From Mobula hypostoma (lineage: Eukaryota), in NCBI RefSeq assembly GCF_963921235.1, contig NC_086114.1, positions 63,922,001 through 63,986,000 on the forward strand: a stretch of 64,000 nt of DNA. The letters run 5' to 3'. The first letter of the stretch is position 1. Each line of letters opens with the position of its first letter. Both the position numbers and the translations under genes were made by a program. The notes beneath the pieces were generated by a model. That model saw only the letters and a program-made list of their open reading frames with translations, had not been told where the DNA came from and did not search any database. Positions 22,995-36,486 of the stretch are shown here, one piece after another.

Positions 22995-24215
22995 CCGAGG
23001 TCAGATGGCATTTGGAGTTTTGTGAGCAGTTTTGGGGCCCCCTATCTAGGGAAAGATGTGCTGGCATTGGAGAGGGTCTGGGGGAGGTTCATGAGAATGA
23101 TTACGGGAATGAAAGGGCAATGCAAGAGGAGGGTTTGGATCTGATCCTGTACTTGCTGGAGTTTAAAAGAATGAGGGAAATCTCTTTAAAATCTACCAAA
23201 TATTGAAAGACCTAGATACAGTGGATGTTTCCCGTAGTGGGAGAGTCTAAGACCAGAGGGCACAGCCTCAGAATAGAAGGACGTCCCTTTAGAACAGAGA
23301 TGAGGAGGAATTTCTTTAGCCAGAGGGTATTGGATTCACACTGTGGAATTAGAACATAAAAAAATTAAATTCCTGGGTGTCGCTATCTCAGAGGACCTGT
23401 CCTGGACCCATCATATAAATGTAATTGCAAGGAAAGCACAACAGCGCCTCTATTTCCTCAGGAGTCTGGAGATTCAGCACGTCATTGAAAACCTCATCAA
23501 ACTTCTATAGACATGTGGTGGAAAGTGTGGTGACGGGCTGCATTGCGGCCTGGTATGGGAACACCAATGCCTTTGAGCAGAAAATCCTACAAAAGGCAGT
23601 GGATTCGGCCCAGTGCATCACGGGTGAAGCCCTCCCAGCCACCGAGTACATCTACATGAAACCTTACCACAGAAAAGCAGCATCCATCATCAGAGATCCT
23701 CACCACCCAGGCCATGCTCTCTTCTTGCTGCTGCCATCAGGTAGAAGGTACAGGAGCCCCAGGTTCAGTAACAGTTACTACCTCTCAACCATCAGGCTCT
23801 TGAACAGAAGGGGAAGACTACACTCATTCTATTTCTGGTTTTCCCACAACTAATGATCGCACTTTAAGGACTCTTTATCCTGTTATTTCAAGCTTGTTAT
23901 TTATTGCTATTTATTTATATTTGGGTTTGCACAGTTTGTTGCTCATTGATCCCGTTCACAGCTACTGTTCTATAGGAGAAGGAATCTCGGGGTTGTATGT
24001 GGTGACGTGTGTGTACTCTGATAATACATCTTATTCAAACTTCAGATGGCTGTGGAGGCTATTTAACACTGAAGTTGAGAGATTCTGGATTAATAACAGT
24101 GTCAAAAGTGATGGGAAGAAGGCAGGAGAACGGAGTTTAGAGGGATAATAAATCAGCCATGATCGAATGGTGAAGAAAACTGAAAGAGCCAAATGGCCTA
24201 ACTGTGCTCCAGTGT
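22995..24215 (+). mobile_element. CR1 3' fragment interrupted by a Rex1-type 3' fragment (about 23355-24045)
   Basis: CR1 HLEFCEQFWGP..; insert FYRHVVESVVTGCIAAWYGN..DPHHPGHALFLLLPSGRRYRS. Confidence 0.75.
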
Positions 24216-25479
24216 CTTCTGGTACAGCGAACAACCTTGTCTTGTTCATACTGAACCTGTCATTCCACGGTACACTGAGGTCGAACAAGGAATGCAGAAT
24301 AAAGTGTAATAACTACAGAGGTAAACAATAAGGTACAAGATCATAACAAGGTAGATTGCAGTCAGGAGTCCTGTTTTTGTTGGGGACTATTTAATAGTTT
24401 ATAACAGTGGGACAGTGTCCTTGGGCCTGGTGGTATCTGCTTTCAGGCTTTTGATTCTTCTGCCTGATGGGAGGGGCAAGGAGGAAATGTCCTGGATGGG
24501 TGGGGTCTTTGATTATGGCACCTAATTCATTAACTCATTTGGAACTTGTTAAATCTTTGGGCGAAGTTTCCCACTCCTGGAGCTAAGCAAGGAGGTGATG
24601 TTTCAGCTGTTCAGGGTACCTGAAGTACTGTGTGCATTTCAGCTATGGGGAGCAGAGTCCACAACCAGATCAGTAATGGTGGAACAGACTCGACAGGTCA
24701 GATGGCCGACTGCTGCTCCTATTTCGTATGTTATTATAACTTCAGGAGTGGGAAGAGTAAAGTTCAGTGTTATAATTTCAAGATGATAAGATTCAGAGAC
24801 TGACTGGACAGCCAGAAACTTTTTCCCAGGGCAGAATTGGCTAATTCTAGGTGATTGGAGGAAAGTATAGGGGGATGTCTGTCAGAGGTAGTTTTTTTTA
24901 CAGTGTGTGGTGGGTGCATGGAACGAGCTGCCAGGTCTGGTGATAGAGGTAGATGCATTAGGGACACTTAAGAGACCCTTAGAGCTGTTTCATGGATGAA
25001 AGAAAAATAGAGGGCTATTTGAGAGTGAGGAGTTAGATTGATCTTGGAGTAGGTTAAAAAGGTCAGCATAGCATTGTGGGCTGAAGGGCCTGTTCTGTGT
25101 TGTACTATATTGTCGCTCCTTCACTCATGAATGCTGAAGGGCAGCCCCAAGTGTGATCCCTGTTGCAGTATCAGATCTGCTGGTCACAAGGTCGGGTTCC
25201 CATCAGAGTGAACACTTACATTAACACCAAAATGCATCACCCTGTGGTGCATCACCAAACCCAGGGGAGGAGGAGACACAAAGGTCTGACATCTTGTATT
25301 TGTGAGGACTGCCTCAAAGGAACCACCTGCCCTCAAGCACGATAAACAAGTGGTTCTTTGAAATCAAAACACAGCAGCTGACAGCAGTAAGATGAAGGTT
25401 GCAGGAAATACTCAGCAGGAAGGCAGCATCTATGGAGAAAGAAACAAAACTACTAATTTAGATCTTCACCAGAGGAGGG

Positions 25480-26780
25480 GGAGCAACAAAAGTGTATATA
25501 AAAACATCGCGAATACTCTTTAAGAGAGAAATCAAGGGGGCAAAGAGAGGCTGTGAGATAGATCTGGCAGGTAAAGTCAAGGAAAATCCCATGAGATTCT
25601 ACAGCTAAATTGAAAGGGTGGTGAGGGGGAGAGTAGGTCTCCTTGGAGATCAACAGGCCAACTACGTTTCAAGCTAAGGAGATGGGTGGGATTTCTTAAC
25701 AAATATTTCTTGGTGTTTACATGGTTTCTCAAGAGACAATGACAAGTTGAGATGTTTTGGACGACTTTCATATAATCAGCAGGGAGTTATTTGCAGCCTT
25801 GCAGCGCATTAAAGTGGATAAATCCTTCAGGCCTAACCGAGTGCATCCTCTGACTCTGAGGGAGGCCAGAGAGATTTGCTTCATCATTAGCCACTGGTGA
25901 AGTTTTCGAAGACTGGAAGGTGGGAAGCAGGCGTTACAAGACATTCTATCCTCTGTAATGAAACCTAGACGGACCCACTTCTGGTCGGTGACTGGGTTAC
26001 ACACAAACTTGGACTTGCCTGCGTGTGCTTGAAACTGCCATGTTGCAATCACATCATGCACTTTGGGAGAACAAGCAGTGAACACAGAGCACTGAGGAGT
26101 GTGATAGAACACGGTGATCTGGGAATATTCCTCGAAGGTGGCATCACATGTAGATAGGGTTGTAAACAGAGCATTTGGAACATTGCCCTTCACAAATCAA
26201 AGTACTGAGTACAGGAGTTGAGATGTTATGTTGAAGTTGTACAAAACTTTGGTGAGGCCTAATTTGGAGCGTTTTGTGCAGTTTGGGTCACTGATCTACA
26301 GGAAAGATGTAAATAAGATTGAAAGCAAGCAGGGAAAATTGACAAGAATGCTGTCAGGACTTGAGGACCTGAGCTATGGGAAAAGGTTGAGTAGGTTAGG
26401 ACATTATTCCCTGGAGCATCGGAGAATGAGGGGAGATTTGATAGAGGTGAGGTATATGGATAGGGTAAACACAAAGAGGCTTTTTCCACTGAGGTGGGGT
26501 GAGAGGCGAGCAAGGTCATAGGTTAAAGGTGAAAGGCGAATGTGAAGGTGAACTTCACTCAGTGTGGTGTGAGCTTGGAATGAGCTGCCAGTGGAAGTGG
26601 TGGTTGCAGGTTCAATTTCAGCATTTAAAAGAAAATTGTATAGGTACATGGATGTGAGGGGTGTGGAAGGCTATGGTCCAGCTGCAGGTCATTGAGACTA
26701 GGCAGAATAGTAGTTCAACACATATTAGATGGGCTGAAGAGCCTGTTTCATGCTGTTGTGTTGTATGACTCTGACTCTAA
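25480..26780 (+). mobile_element. CR1 LINE fragment
   Basis: LKLYKTLVRPNLE..YRKDVNKIE..RRMRGDLIEV; (TGACTC)n tail. Confidence 0.75.
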
Positions 26781-26800
26781 TGTTTGTTCTTTTATTTTAG

Positions 26801-26835
26801 GAGCTGACATTTTTAACAAAGCAAGACATTCTGCA
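26801..26835 (+). CDS. CIB1: CIB1 coding exon 2 (ELTFLTKQDIL)
   Basis: TTTTAG acceptor, GTAAGT donor, 35 nt. Confidence 0.92.
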
Positions 26836-28808
26836 GTAAGTCGAGGTTTTTTTTGTTTTGGAGCAGGGAGGGGTTTGATAGACTGTGCTGCGGGGGTTTG
26901 TGGCCAAAGGTCCTGAGAAGCGTGGGTAGAAGAGGAGGTGTTGTTCCTTGTCCTTGGCTTCATGGAACAGTGCAAGAGATCAAAGGCAGAGTGGAGGTGG
27001 AACAGAGACCTGAATCTGGATGCTCCAATACTTCCTTCCTATCCCTACGTTCTTCACACCCATCACCCAAATACCTTTATTACAAATTCCGTCATCGGTC
27101 TGTGTGAGTGGTTCCATTCAGTCCGCTAGGGTAACCCACAACCCCTAATGGTCTTCATCACACCCCCACTCTCACCTTTCAGTCTCTGCCCTCTTATTCT
27201 CCTCGGATGAAACCCAGTGCAAGTTCTTCACAGGGTGATAGACTTCCGATGACCTGGTCCCTCAACAACAATGATTAGTGTAGATACAGGAGGGGAGCCG
27301 TGAGTCTCCATGTGATCTGAATGAAGGAACTGATGGCATCGTGGACAAGTTTGCAGACATGACCAGGACAGGCAGAGAGACAGGAGATGGGGAGGGGGAC
27401 GGGAGTGGGCAGAGATGGGGGGAGAATGGGAGGGAGGGGAAGTGGCCGGGGATGAGCAGAAGGAGGAGGGACAGATTGTGTCATGGGCAGGGTAGAAAGG
27501 GATGTCAACAGGTTGGGAGAGTGGGCAAAAAGTTGGCAGATGCAATGCAGTGTGGGGGTGATGCCCTTTGGTGGGAAGAATAAAAGCATAGACTATTTTG
27601 TTTAAATATGGAGAGAATTCAGAAATCTAAGGTGCAAAGGGACTTGTGCAGGATTCCGTCAAGGTTAACTTGCAGGTTAAGTCAGTAATGAAGGTAAATG
27701 TTAGCATTCCTTTCAAGAGGACTGGAATATAAAAGCAAGAAGATAATGTTGAGACTTTGTCATTGGTCAGGTCACACTTGATTATTGTGAGCAGTTTGGG
27801 CCCCTTGTCTACAAAAAGATGTGCTGGGCATTGAAGAGGGTCCAGAGGAGGTTAATGAGAATGAAATGGTTAACATAGGAGCGTTTGATGCCTTTGGCCC
27901 TGTACATACTGGAGTTTAGAAGAATGAGGTGGGTTCTCATTGAAACCTATCGAACATTGAAAGGCCTAGACAGAGTGGATGTGGAGAGGTTGTTTCCAGT
28001 AGTAGGGGAGTTTAGGACCAGAGGACACAACCTCAATAAACAGATGAGGAGGAATTTCTTCAGGGGGTGGTGAATCTGTGGAATTCATTGCCACAGAAGA
28101 CTGTGGAGGCCAAGTCATTGGGTATGTTTGAAGCAGAGATTGTCAGGTTCTTGATTAGTTAGGGTGTTAAGGGTTGCAATGTAAAACAGGACAATGTGGC
28201 TGAAGAAAGATATCAACATATCCCAGGTGAAAACCTCTCATCTACCCAGGAAGACACGATTAGATGTTTATCATAGAACACCACAGCACAGAAACAAGTC
28301 TTTTGGCCAATGTAGTCTGTGTTGACCTGTTATTCTGCCTGGTCCCATCAACCTGTATCTGAACTATACCCCTCCTAGCCAACTTCTCTTAAATGTTGCA
28401 ATCCACCACTTCTGCTGGCTGCTCGTTACAAACTTGCACCCTCTCTGAGTGAAGAAACTCCTCCTCAGGTTCTCCTTAAATATTTCACCTTTCACCCTAA
28501 ACCCATGACCTCTAGTTCTAGTCTCACTCAATCTCACTGTGTTGATTTGTAGGAGACAGGCAAAATGTGGGACTTGTGGAGGTTCATCCTAGCAACAGGC
28601 TAACATTACAACATAGGGCAGATGATTTCTGTACAAACCAATAGCAAGAATTTCAACTGGTTCACTCAATGCAGGAATAACTGTCGCCAACCTTGTTTTA
28701 AAAATTAACCTTATGAATTACCACTGCAAATAAGAAAATCAATTACTTTATGTAATGTTCCAGAGACATAATATATTAATGCTGGTCAATTTGTTTTTTT
28801 ATCCAAAG

Positions 28809-28908
28809 TGCTTATCGGCTATTCAAACAGCTGCTTTCAGCTGAACAGATCGACTTACAATACACACGAGTTCCACAGAAGACAGTTTGTGAAATGCCAG
28901 AGTTGAAG
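28809..28908 (+). CDS. CIB1: CIB1 coding exon 3 (AYRLFKQLLSAEQIDLQYTRVPQKTVCEMPELK)
   Basis: Phase-consistent AG/GT, 100 nt, ends PELK. Confidence 0.88.
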
Positions 28909-29481
28909 GTATGAAATTGTATTTGTGGAGGTAAAAGATTCTGGCCATGGTTAATGATTGGGGCTTGGTCTGCTGGCTATGAATAGAACCAACCAGCGTC
29001 AGAATAGTTAATGTTGAAAAATGAGATCTGACAAAAACGTGATCTTGCAGGAATGTTCTGGACAGGGGAGTGAGATGCTCATTACCTGTACAACTCGCTC
29101 ACTAAGTTCTACAGTGGGTGAGATGAGACCCTGATTGCTTGGACTGGGTGGTAAAGTTAGTCTCTGGATATTTGTAGCCTGGGCGCTGAAAGAATTAGTC
29201 CTGGTTATGACAGTCTGTAGGAAGATCATTGATTGTAACTCATTGTTGAGATTTCCACGAGAGTCAGAGTCAAACAGCATGAAATGAGTCATTCAGCCCA
29301 TTAACCAGCTTGTTGGCACCCACCATATTAATCTTCTTCCAGATCTTGACCAATAGCTTTCTGTATATTCATGATTCAAGTGCTTTTACTGACACCTGAT
29401 AGTGGCCTGAATGGTAAGGATGAGACACAAAGGACAGTTTTAAATTAATCTGTTTAATGACTGTGTGTTCTCTGATTATAG

Positions 29482-29635
29482 GCCAATCCCTTCCGGGAGA
29501 GAATCTGTCTCGTGTTTTCAACTTCGGCTGAAAAGGATGGCAGCATGTCCTTCGAGGACTTCTTGGACATGCTCAGTGTGTTTAGTGATTCTGCAACACC
29601 TGAGATTAAGTCTCACTATGCTTTTAAAATCTTTG
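29482..29635 (+). CDS. CIB1: CIB1 coding exon 4 ([51 protein letters not shown])
   Basis: Highly conserved CIB1 sequence, 154 nt. Confidence 0.96.
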
Positions 29636-29699
29636 GTTAGTTTGATTTTCCTGGCTCCTGGATAACTGATACCTTGGCCACATTTAATTCCATGGTGAA

Positions 29700-30080
29700 C
29701 ACAGATGTGGAAATCTTGAGGAACACGTACAAAATGCTGGAGGAACTCATCAAGTTCAGCAGCATCTATGGAGGGGAATAAACAGTCCATGTTTTGGACC
29801 AAGACCCTTCATCTGGACTGGAATGAGAGGGGGAAGAAGATAGAATAAGGTGCTGAGGAGGGGAAGAAATATAAGCTGAAAGGTGATAGATGAAGGCAGT
29901 TGAGAGGGAAGCTAGGAGGGGATATCTGGAAGAGGTAAAGGGTGGAAGAACAAAGAATCTGATTGGAGAAGAGTGGGCCATGGATGAAAGTGAAGGAGGA
30001 GGGGAACCAGAGGATGGTGGGGGGGGGGGGTGGTGAGGGAGAGAAGGGAGATTTCTGGAAGTTGCAGAATCGAGGGTCAT
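29700..30080 (-). mobile_element. Penelope 3' terminal fragment with degenerate hammerhead
   Basis: Minus strand CAGTC-CAGATGAA-GGGT-CTTG-GTCC-AAAAC-ATG-GACTG, preceded by a pyrimidine-rich UTR. Confidence 0.65.
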
Positions 30081-30172
30081 AGAGATTGGTTAAAATTGTG
30101 GTGTGGCCATATTTGAGTGGCATACTCAATGTGGAGAAAATGTCTGTGCAGCTCTAATGCATCTATTTCCAG

Positions 30173-30291
30173 ATTTTGATGGTGATGGGACATTGAATAA
30201 GGAGGACCTGAAGAAACTGGTGAACTGTCTGACAGGAGGCACAGACAACTCCCAGCTGACAGAGTCAGACATGAACCAGCTGATCAACAAC
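30173..30291 (+). CDS. CIB1: CIB1 coding exon 5 (EF-hand 3, DFDGDGTLNKEDLKKLVNCLTG...)
   Basis: EF loop, 119 nt, AG/GT. Confidence 0.96.
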
Positions 30292-30339
30292 GTAAGATGA
30301 TGTCTGTGACCTTGCAACCTCACCACTGGGCTGATCTTT

Positions 30340-33300
30340 AAAAAGATGCCTACTTGCATTTACCCTATCTATATCCCTCATAATTTTGTACACTGCCATC
30401 AAATCTCTTCTCAATCTTCTATGTTCTAAGAAACACAGTCTTAACCTATTCAATCTTTCCTTTATAACTCAGGTCCTTCAGACCTGGCAACATCCTTGTA
30501 AATTTTCTCTGCAATCTTTCAAACTTGTTAACATCTTTCCGGTAGGTAACCAAAACTACACACTATACTCGAAATAAGCCTCACCAAAGTCTTATACAAC
30601 TTTAGCATAACATCCCATCTCCTGTACTCAATACATTGATTTATGAAGGCCAATGTGCCAAAAGCTTTCTTTACTACCCTGTCTACTTATGATACCACTT
30701 GCAATGAATTATTGACCTGCATTCCTGGATCCCTTTGATCTACCACACTCCTCAGTACCCTACCATTTACTGTGCAAGACCTACCCTGTTTGGACTTGGG
30801 AAATGCAAAACCTTGCACTTGTCTGCATTAAATTCCATCTGCCATTTTATTTTCAGCCCATTTTTCCAGCTGATGCAGATCCCTCTGCAAGCCATGATAG
30901 CCTTCCTCACTGTCCGCTACACCCCCAATCTTGGTGTCATCTGTAATTTGCTGATGCAGCTAACCATATCATCATCCAGATCAATGATATAGGTGACAAA
31001 ACTGATCCCTGTGGCACACCACTAGTCACAGGCCTCCAGTCTGAAAGGCAACCACCTCCTACCACTCTCTAACAAAGCCCATGTCTAATCCAAAACACTA
31101 CCTCATCCTGAATGCCGAGCGACTGAACCTTCTTGACCAACCTCCCATGTGGGTCCATCAAATGTCTTGTTGAAGTCCATGTATGCGGTCCCTTAGAATA
31201 GCTTACAATAACTTTCCCATAACTGATGGCAGACTTACCAGCCTATAATTTCCTAGTTTATATTTAGAGCCTTTTTAAAACTGCGGAATATTGCTGGCTC
31301 TCCTCCAATCTTCTAATACCTCTCCTGTCGTTAAGGATGATTTAAATATCTCTGCTAAGGCCCCAATAATTTCTATCCTTGCCTCTAGCAATCAAGGTGA
31401 AGGAGAATCCCCAGGGATTCTCCCGTTGGGTCTGCAGGAACACCTTGTCAGATCCTGGGGATTTAGCCACCCTGATTTGCCTCAAGACAGCAAACACCTC
31501 CTCCTCTATAATCTGTACAAGGTGCATAAAGTTGATGGTTTTGTCCTTTGCAATCCTTTTGATCTTAACATATCTGTAGAATCCCCTGTGATTTTGCTTT
31601 TACCTTGTCTGCTAGAGCAACCTCATGTCTTCTTTAACCCTCCTGATTTCTTTCTTAAATGTTCTCTTGTATTCCATAAGCATCTCATTTGTTCCTACTT
31701 GCCTATACCTGCCATACACCTTTTGTCTCTTAACCAGGGCCTCAATATCTCTTGAAAACCAAGGTTCCCGACGCTTGTTATCTTTACCTTTTATTCTGAC
31801 AGGGACATACAAGCTCTGTACTCTCAAAATTTCATTTTTGAAGGCCTCCCAGTTATCAAGTACGCCTTTGTCAGAAAATAGCCTGCCAGATTATTTCTGA
31901 TACCATCAAAATTGGCCTTTCTCCTTTTTAGAATCTCTTTGCATATGTACTTTGAAGTTAATGGCACTGTCATCAGTAGGTACAAAGTACTGTCTCATTC
32001 CCTAATAGCAGATACAGTATCACACACTCTGTCATTGGGACTTCTACATACTGACAAAGGAAACTTTCCTGAACACGTTTGACAAACTCTGTCCCACCCA
32101 GTCCCAGTCAATATGCGGAAAGTTAAAATCACCTACTGTAGCAACCTTACGTTTGTTGCAAGTCTGCAATCTCTTTACAAAAAGGAGCACTGCCGTGACA
32201 TTTTCCCTGACTTGTAACGCCATGCCTCCTGCTCTGTCACGTCTAAAACAATGGATCTCCAGGATACTGAGCTGCTATTCCTGCCCCTCCTGCAACCAAG
32301 CCTCACTAATGGCTACATCATAATTCAAGATGTTGATCTGCCTTTCCCGTGAAACTTCTTGCATTGAAATATACACCTAGGACCCTAGTTGCACCACGCT
32401 CAACCTTTTGATTCCTGATTTTGTCTGCAGTTTTAACATGTCTCCAGCTCCTCTTCACTGTTCTGGCAACTCCAGTTTAAACCCCACCAGGCAGCATTAG
32501 CAAAGCTTCCTGCTGGGATATTAGCCTCCACACCCCCCTGAGTTCAACTGCAAACTGTCCCTCCTGTACAGATCCCACCTTCCCTGGAAGAGAGCCCACC
32601 GATCCCTCCTACACTAACTCCATAGCCACATGCTAAACTGTATTATCTTCCTAGTTCTGGCACGTGTTGCAACCCCGCGATCCCATCCCTGGAGGTCCTG
32701 CCCTTTAACCTAGCACCCAACTCCCTGAACTCCTGATCCAGAACCAGTCACTCATCCTACCCATGTAATTGGTACCTACCTAGACCACGTTCTCTGGCTG
32801 TTCACTCACCCACTTGAAAATGCTGAGGATTCGATCCAATATGTCCCTGACCTTGGCATCCAGGAATCTCATTCTCACCCACAAATCCTCCTTTCTGTTC
32901 CCCAATGAACGAATCCCCCATCACCACAGCTTGTCTTTTCTCCCCCATTCCTTCTTAGTCACAGAGCCAGAGACCTGACTATGACTTTCCTCTGCTAAAT
33001 CATCCCCTCAACAGTATCCAAAGTGATATATCTGTTGTTGAGTGGGATGGCCACTGGCTCCCTAACCCCTTTCCCCTTCCTGTTACCCAGCTTCCTGTGT
33101 CCTGCACCTTGGGTATAACTACCTCTACTTCCTACCTATCACTCCTCACCCTCCCAAATGATCCAGAGTTCATCCAGTTCCAGTTCCAACTCCTTAATGT
33201 GGATTGTTAGAAGCTGCAGCTGGATACGCTTCTTGCAGTTGTAGTCATCTGGGACACCCTTGGTCTCCCTGCCTTCCCACATCCCGCAAAAGGAGCATTC

Positions 33301-33480
33301 AACTATCCTGCCAGACATCCCTACTGTCCTAACTGAGCAGATGTAAAGAAGAGAGGGGGAAAAGCAAACTCTACCGAGAACTTTTCTTTGTTTTTTTTTG
33401 TGATCAAAGCCTAGAGGAACTAAAGACTCAAAATCACCACACTCTGTGCACGCCAATGATTGCCGCTGTGCTGGGCCCTG
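30340..33480 (-). mobile_element. Near full-length but deleted CR1 LINE including ORF1 remnant
   Basis: ORF1 Zn-finger/leucine zipper VECSFCGMWE..YNCKK..KELELELDEL at 33139-33320; ORF2 pieces KSPGSDKV, REPWFSRDIE, RRLRRDL. Confidence 0.82.
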
Positions 33481-33821
33481 CCTTCCTTTACCTTTTCTTG
33501 CTAATCAATCCCAAATGCTGATTGCTTCCTGGTCAGAGCTCCCAAAAACTGCTGTGAGTTGCTGCACATTTTATAATCAGTCAGCGGACCTGAGTGAGAT
33601 TTCCTCCTCTCAAGCTTCTGATCTTCCAAATGGATTATTTTGTTGTTTGCTGATGAAGGGCAATTTGGCTCTGCCACACTCTGATCTTGACTTTTGTTTG
33701 GGCCAGGCATAGATTGTGTTAATTTTCAATCTTTGAAATTGTTCTATTGAGTTGATAAATGCAAATAACACCAGACTGAAGACTAGAATCCTTTATGAAT
33801 ATTACTAACTGTTCTGCCCAG

Positions 33822-33910
33822 ATTTTGGAAGAATCTGACATTGACAAGGATGGAACAGTGAACCTCTCAGAATTTCAGCATGTCATTTCCAGATCGCCGG
33901 ACTTTGTCAG
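33822..33910 (+). CDS. CIB1: CIB1 coding exon 6 (EF-hand 4, ILEESDIDKDGTVNLSEFQHVISRSPDFV)
   Basis: Canonical EF loop, 89 nt. Confidence 0.96.
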
Positions 33911-34016
33911 GTACGTGAAACAGCCGCAGGATCATTTGTTGGGGGGAAAATATTAATGTGCTGTGCTCTGCCCTGCCCTGTTCTCCATGTCTGATCAATT
34001 TCCATTTGTTTCTCAG

Positions 34017-34038
34017 CTCGTTTCGGATTGTCCTGTAG
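34017..34038 (+). CDS. CIB1: CIB1 coding exon 7 (SSFRIVL*)
   Basis: TTTCTCAG acceptor, TAG at 34036-38; total CDS 570 nt = 189 aa. Confidence 0.94.
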
Positions 34039-34243
34039 CACAATGAGCACCTGCAAAAGGAAAGAATGTACGAAGCTCTGTGGCCAGTTGGAAAGGTCAC
34101 GTTTCTCCTGCTCGCTGCTGTTCTTAATATTCTTTTGTCACGGTTCCTCACTAGAATTACAATGATCAGAATAATTGTTTCCAATATTTACAAGTTGTTT
34201 TTAATAATTATTAATGACGCACCCGTTAATATTTTTACTGTAT

Positions 34244-34249
34244 AATAAA
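34244..34249 (+). terminator. CIB1 polyadenylation signal
   Basis: AATAAA about 205 nt after the stop, followed by T-rich sequence. Confidence 0.65.
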
Positions 34250-34934
34250 GGTGTTTTCTATCTTCACACTCACCACTTTTGTCATATTTATCACCAGTCT
34301 GGTGTCCTTCATTTTTCACTTTATTCTAATGCCAGTTAGCTTATACAGGAAATGATGATACAGAAACAGGCACTGTGACCGCCTTATGTGCCCTTCATGA
34401 TATATAAAAATCTGTAAGGTCACCGCCTCAACCTCCTTCACTCCAGAGAAAAATTAGCCTCTTCTTACAACTCCATCCTCAAATCTCTTCTGCACTCTCT
34501 AGCTTTAATGACACCCTGGGTGACCAGGACTATACACATACTCCAAGAGCCCAGCAATGATCAGACTGCATATATTGAGCTATTGCCAAAGACATAAATC
34601 TATATTCAGTAAAAAACTAAGGACCACACATTAAGAGAGGGAGCAGGAAACTTGATCAACACTTTTTCTGTATGAGAAACATTATTTAACAAGTCTCCAT
34701 ATCTGATATCTTCTGATGTTAATTCATTCTGCTCTGATATTAAAGGGAGAGGTTTGTTTTACAACACATTCCACATCACCTTGAAAGTGCTAATCCCTGT
34801 TGGGCCATAAAGCGCTGGAGATCTCAGCTCCTCATATAAGTCAAGATAAGCAGACTTCCTAAACATGTTATCAAAGTGTTTCAGTCCTGCCCTCACTAGA
34901 GTTGTACACCATATTGGTGCTTCTCCAAGAATCA

Positions 34935-35340
34935 TCACCTTGTTGTGGTGGAGAGGCTTGTGGGTTCCATTTGAGAGCGAAGTCATCTGGACTCTAGCTA
35001 TCTGGCGCTTAGTGTTTGGTAGGGTCACCCATGCCGGTAAGGTCAAGGGGGAGATTTCAGACAAAGAGCAATCTGACCAAGACCTCAATATTGGAGCTGG
35101 CGGAAAATGATGACACATCACAACAGCAATGAAGGCAGAGGAAGGCTACAGAAGTGATGGGTTGCCAGTCATCTTGCACTCCATGTCAAAGATCACGTGG
35201 TTTCTGCCCATGCATCAGTCTCCCCATGTGAATCCAGCCTAACACCCCAGGTTACGTGGATTCTGGATTGAGCTCTGCAGTGGACCTGAGGACTCATCAG
35301 TAAGACAACCCCTTGGGAGAGCATCATATTCTACTCAATT
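34935..35340 (+). mobile_element. Non-autonomous bipartite RTE-type element
   Basis: CACCTTGTTGTGGTGGAGAGGCTTGTG..GGTAGGGTCACCCATG 5' UTR motif; homologous to 7974-8878. Confidence 0.7.
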
Positions 35341-35554
35341 GATCACACTATTACACCACACTGGACCACAATCAGGAGCAGGAAAGGTGGGCCAGCGGGT
35401 TTCCAACCTCGTGTACTCACATCGCAGTAAATGCTTAGTAACTGCTCAGTGATCAAGAGCCAAACCAACAATTTCTGCCTGTAAAATTCACTGAGCCAGT
35501 TGGCTGACTTCCCTCATGACAGTAAACATGGACACTGCATCATCAGAGTACAGT

Positions 35555-35700
35555 TCAATCCTTCTCGTGTGCAAACACAAAGGTGTTCCAAGGCCCGCAG
35601 ACAACATCCAGCACATAAAGCTGTTTCCTCATGAAGTACTCGACACGCCTTGGAAGATCAGTGCTAAGGGTCTGTCCATGGCCAAGTTGTCCATAGCTCC
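35555..35700 (-). CDS. RCCD1: RCCD1 exon 8 ([31 protein letters not shown])
   Basis: RCC1 repeat; matches the human RCCD1 C-terminus; 146 nt. Confidence 0.94.
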
Positions 35701-36086
35701 CTAGAAAATAAGAACAATGTAAAATTTACTGCAAAACATGATGCATTAATTCAACAGTATATCAGATGCTAAACCAGGAACTGGATTTGTAGCACACTGA
35801 CTTATGTTGGAAAGCTGCCACTTTACAGTAGGAACATTCCACAAACCAGCACCCAGATGAATGATTAACCGGCCCACTTTAAGATGGTGAATGATTGCTC
35901 CTGGCCTGAGGTCAAGAGCCACCCACACTGTAAATGACTGTCTTTCTACCGACCAGAGCAACAGACAGAAGCTCAGCTGAAAATTCTGCTGACCGCACAC
36001 ACTTACACCACACCAGCAGCAGAGCAAGAGCTCAGTCTATCAACTTCACAGAACACACAAGTGACAGGATATTGCTTACTACTTAC

Positions 36087-36116
36087 CCCAGCCCCATGTG
36101 AACAGCTGACCACTTC
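36087..36116 (-). CDS. RCCD1: RCCD1 exon 7, 30-nt microexon (RSGQLFTWGW)
   Basis: CCAG/GTAAGT, phase 1-1; human RTGELYTWGW. Confidence 0.9.
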
Positions 36117-36486
36117 CTGGAAACAAGAGAGAAATGATGTGGTTTAATAGTGAACCCTCAGCTTTCATTGAGAACACAGACCAGTACAGCACAGAGCAGG
36201 CTCTTTGGCCCACAGTCTGTGCCAATCCAAACTAATCCCATTTGCCAGCACATGGTCTGTGTCCCTTCATATCCTGCCTGCTCATGTGCCTCTCAAAAAC
36301 TGCTATTGAGAAATTTGATGTCAAAACTAATTTCTAAGTCTTTGCTATTTTTACACTTTTATGTCTATCCATTGAAAGCTGAATGGTGTACACACAATGA
36401 AACAATATCCTAACTCTCAACACTAGTATCTCGTTATTAGAACATACAATATTACAGCACAGTACAGCACCTTCACCCCCAAGAGA

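Noticed and set aside
34935-35070. HDV-like ribozyme at the RTE 5' end
   Set aside because: Some RTEs have one, but the nested double pseudoknot could not be folded by eye here; needs a descriptor or Infernal search
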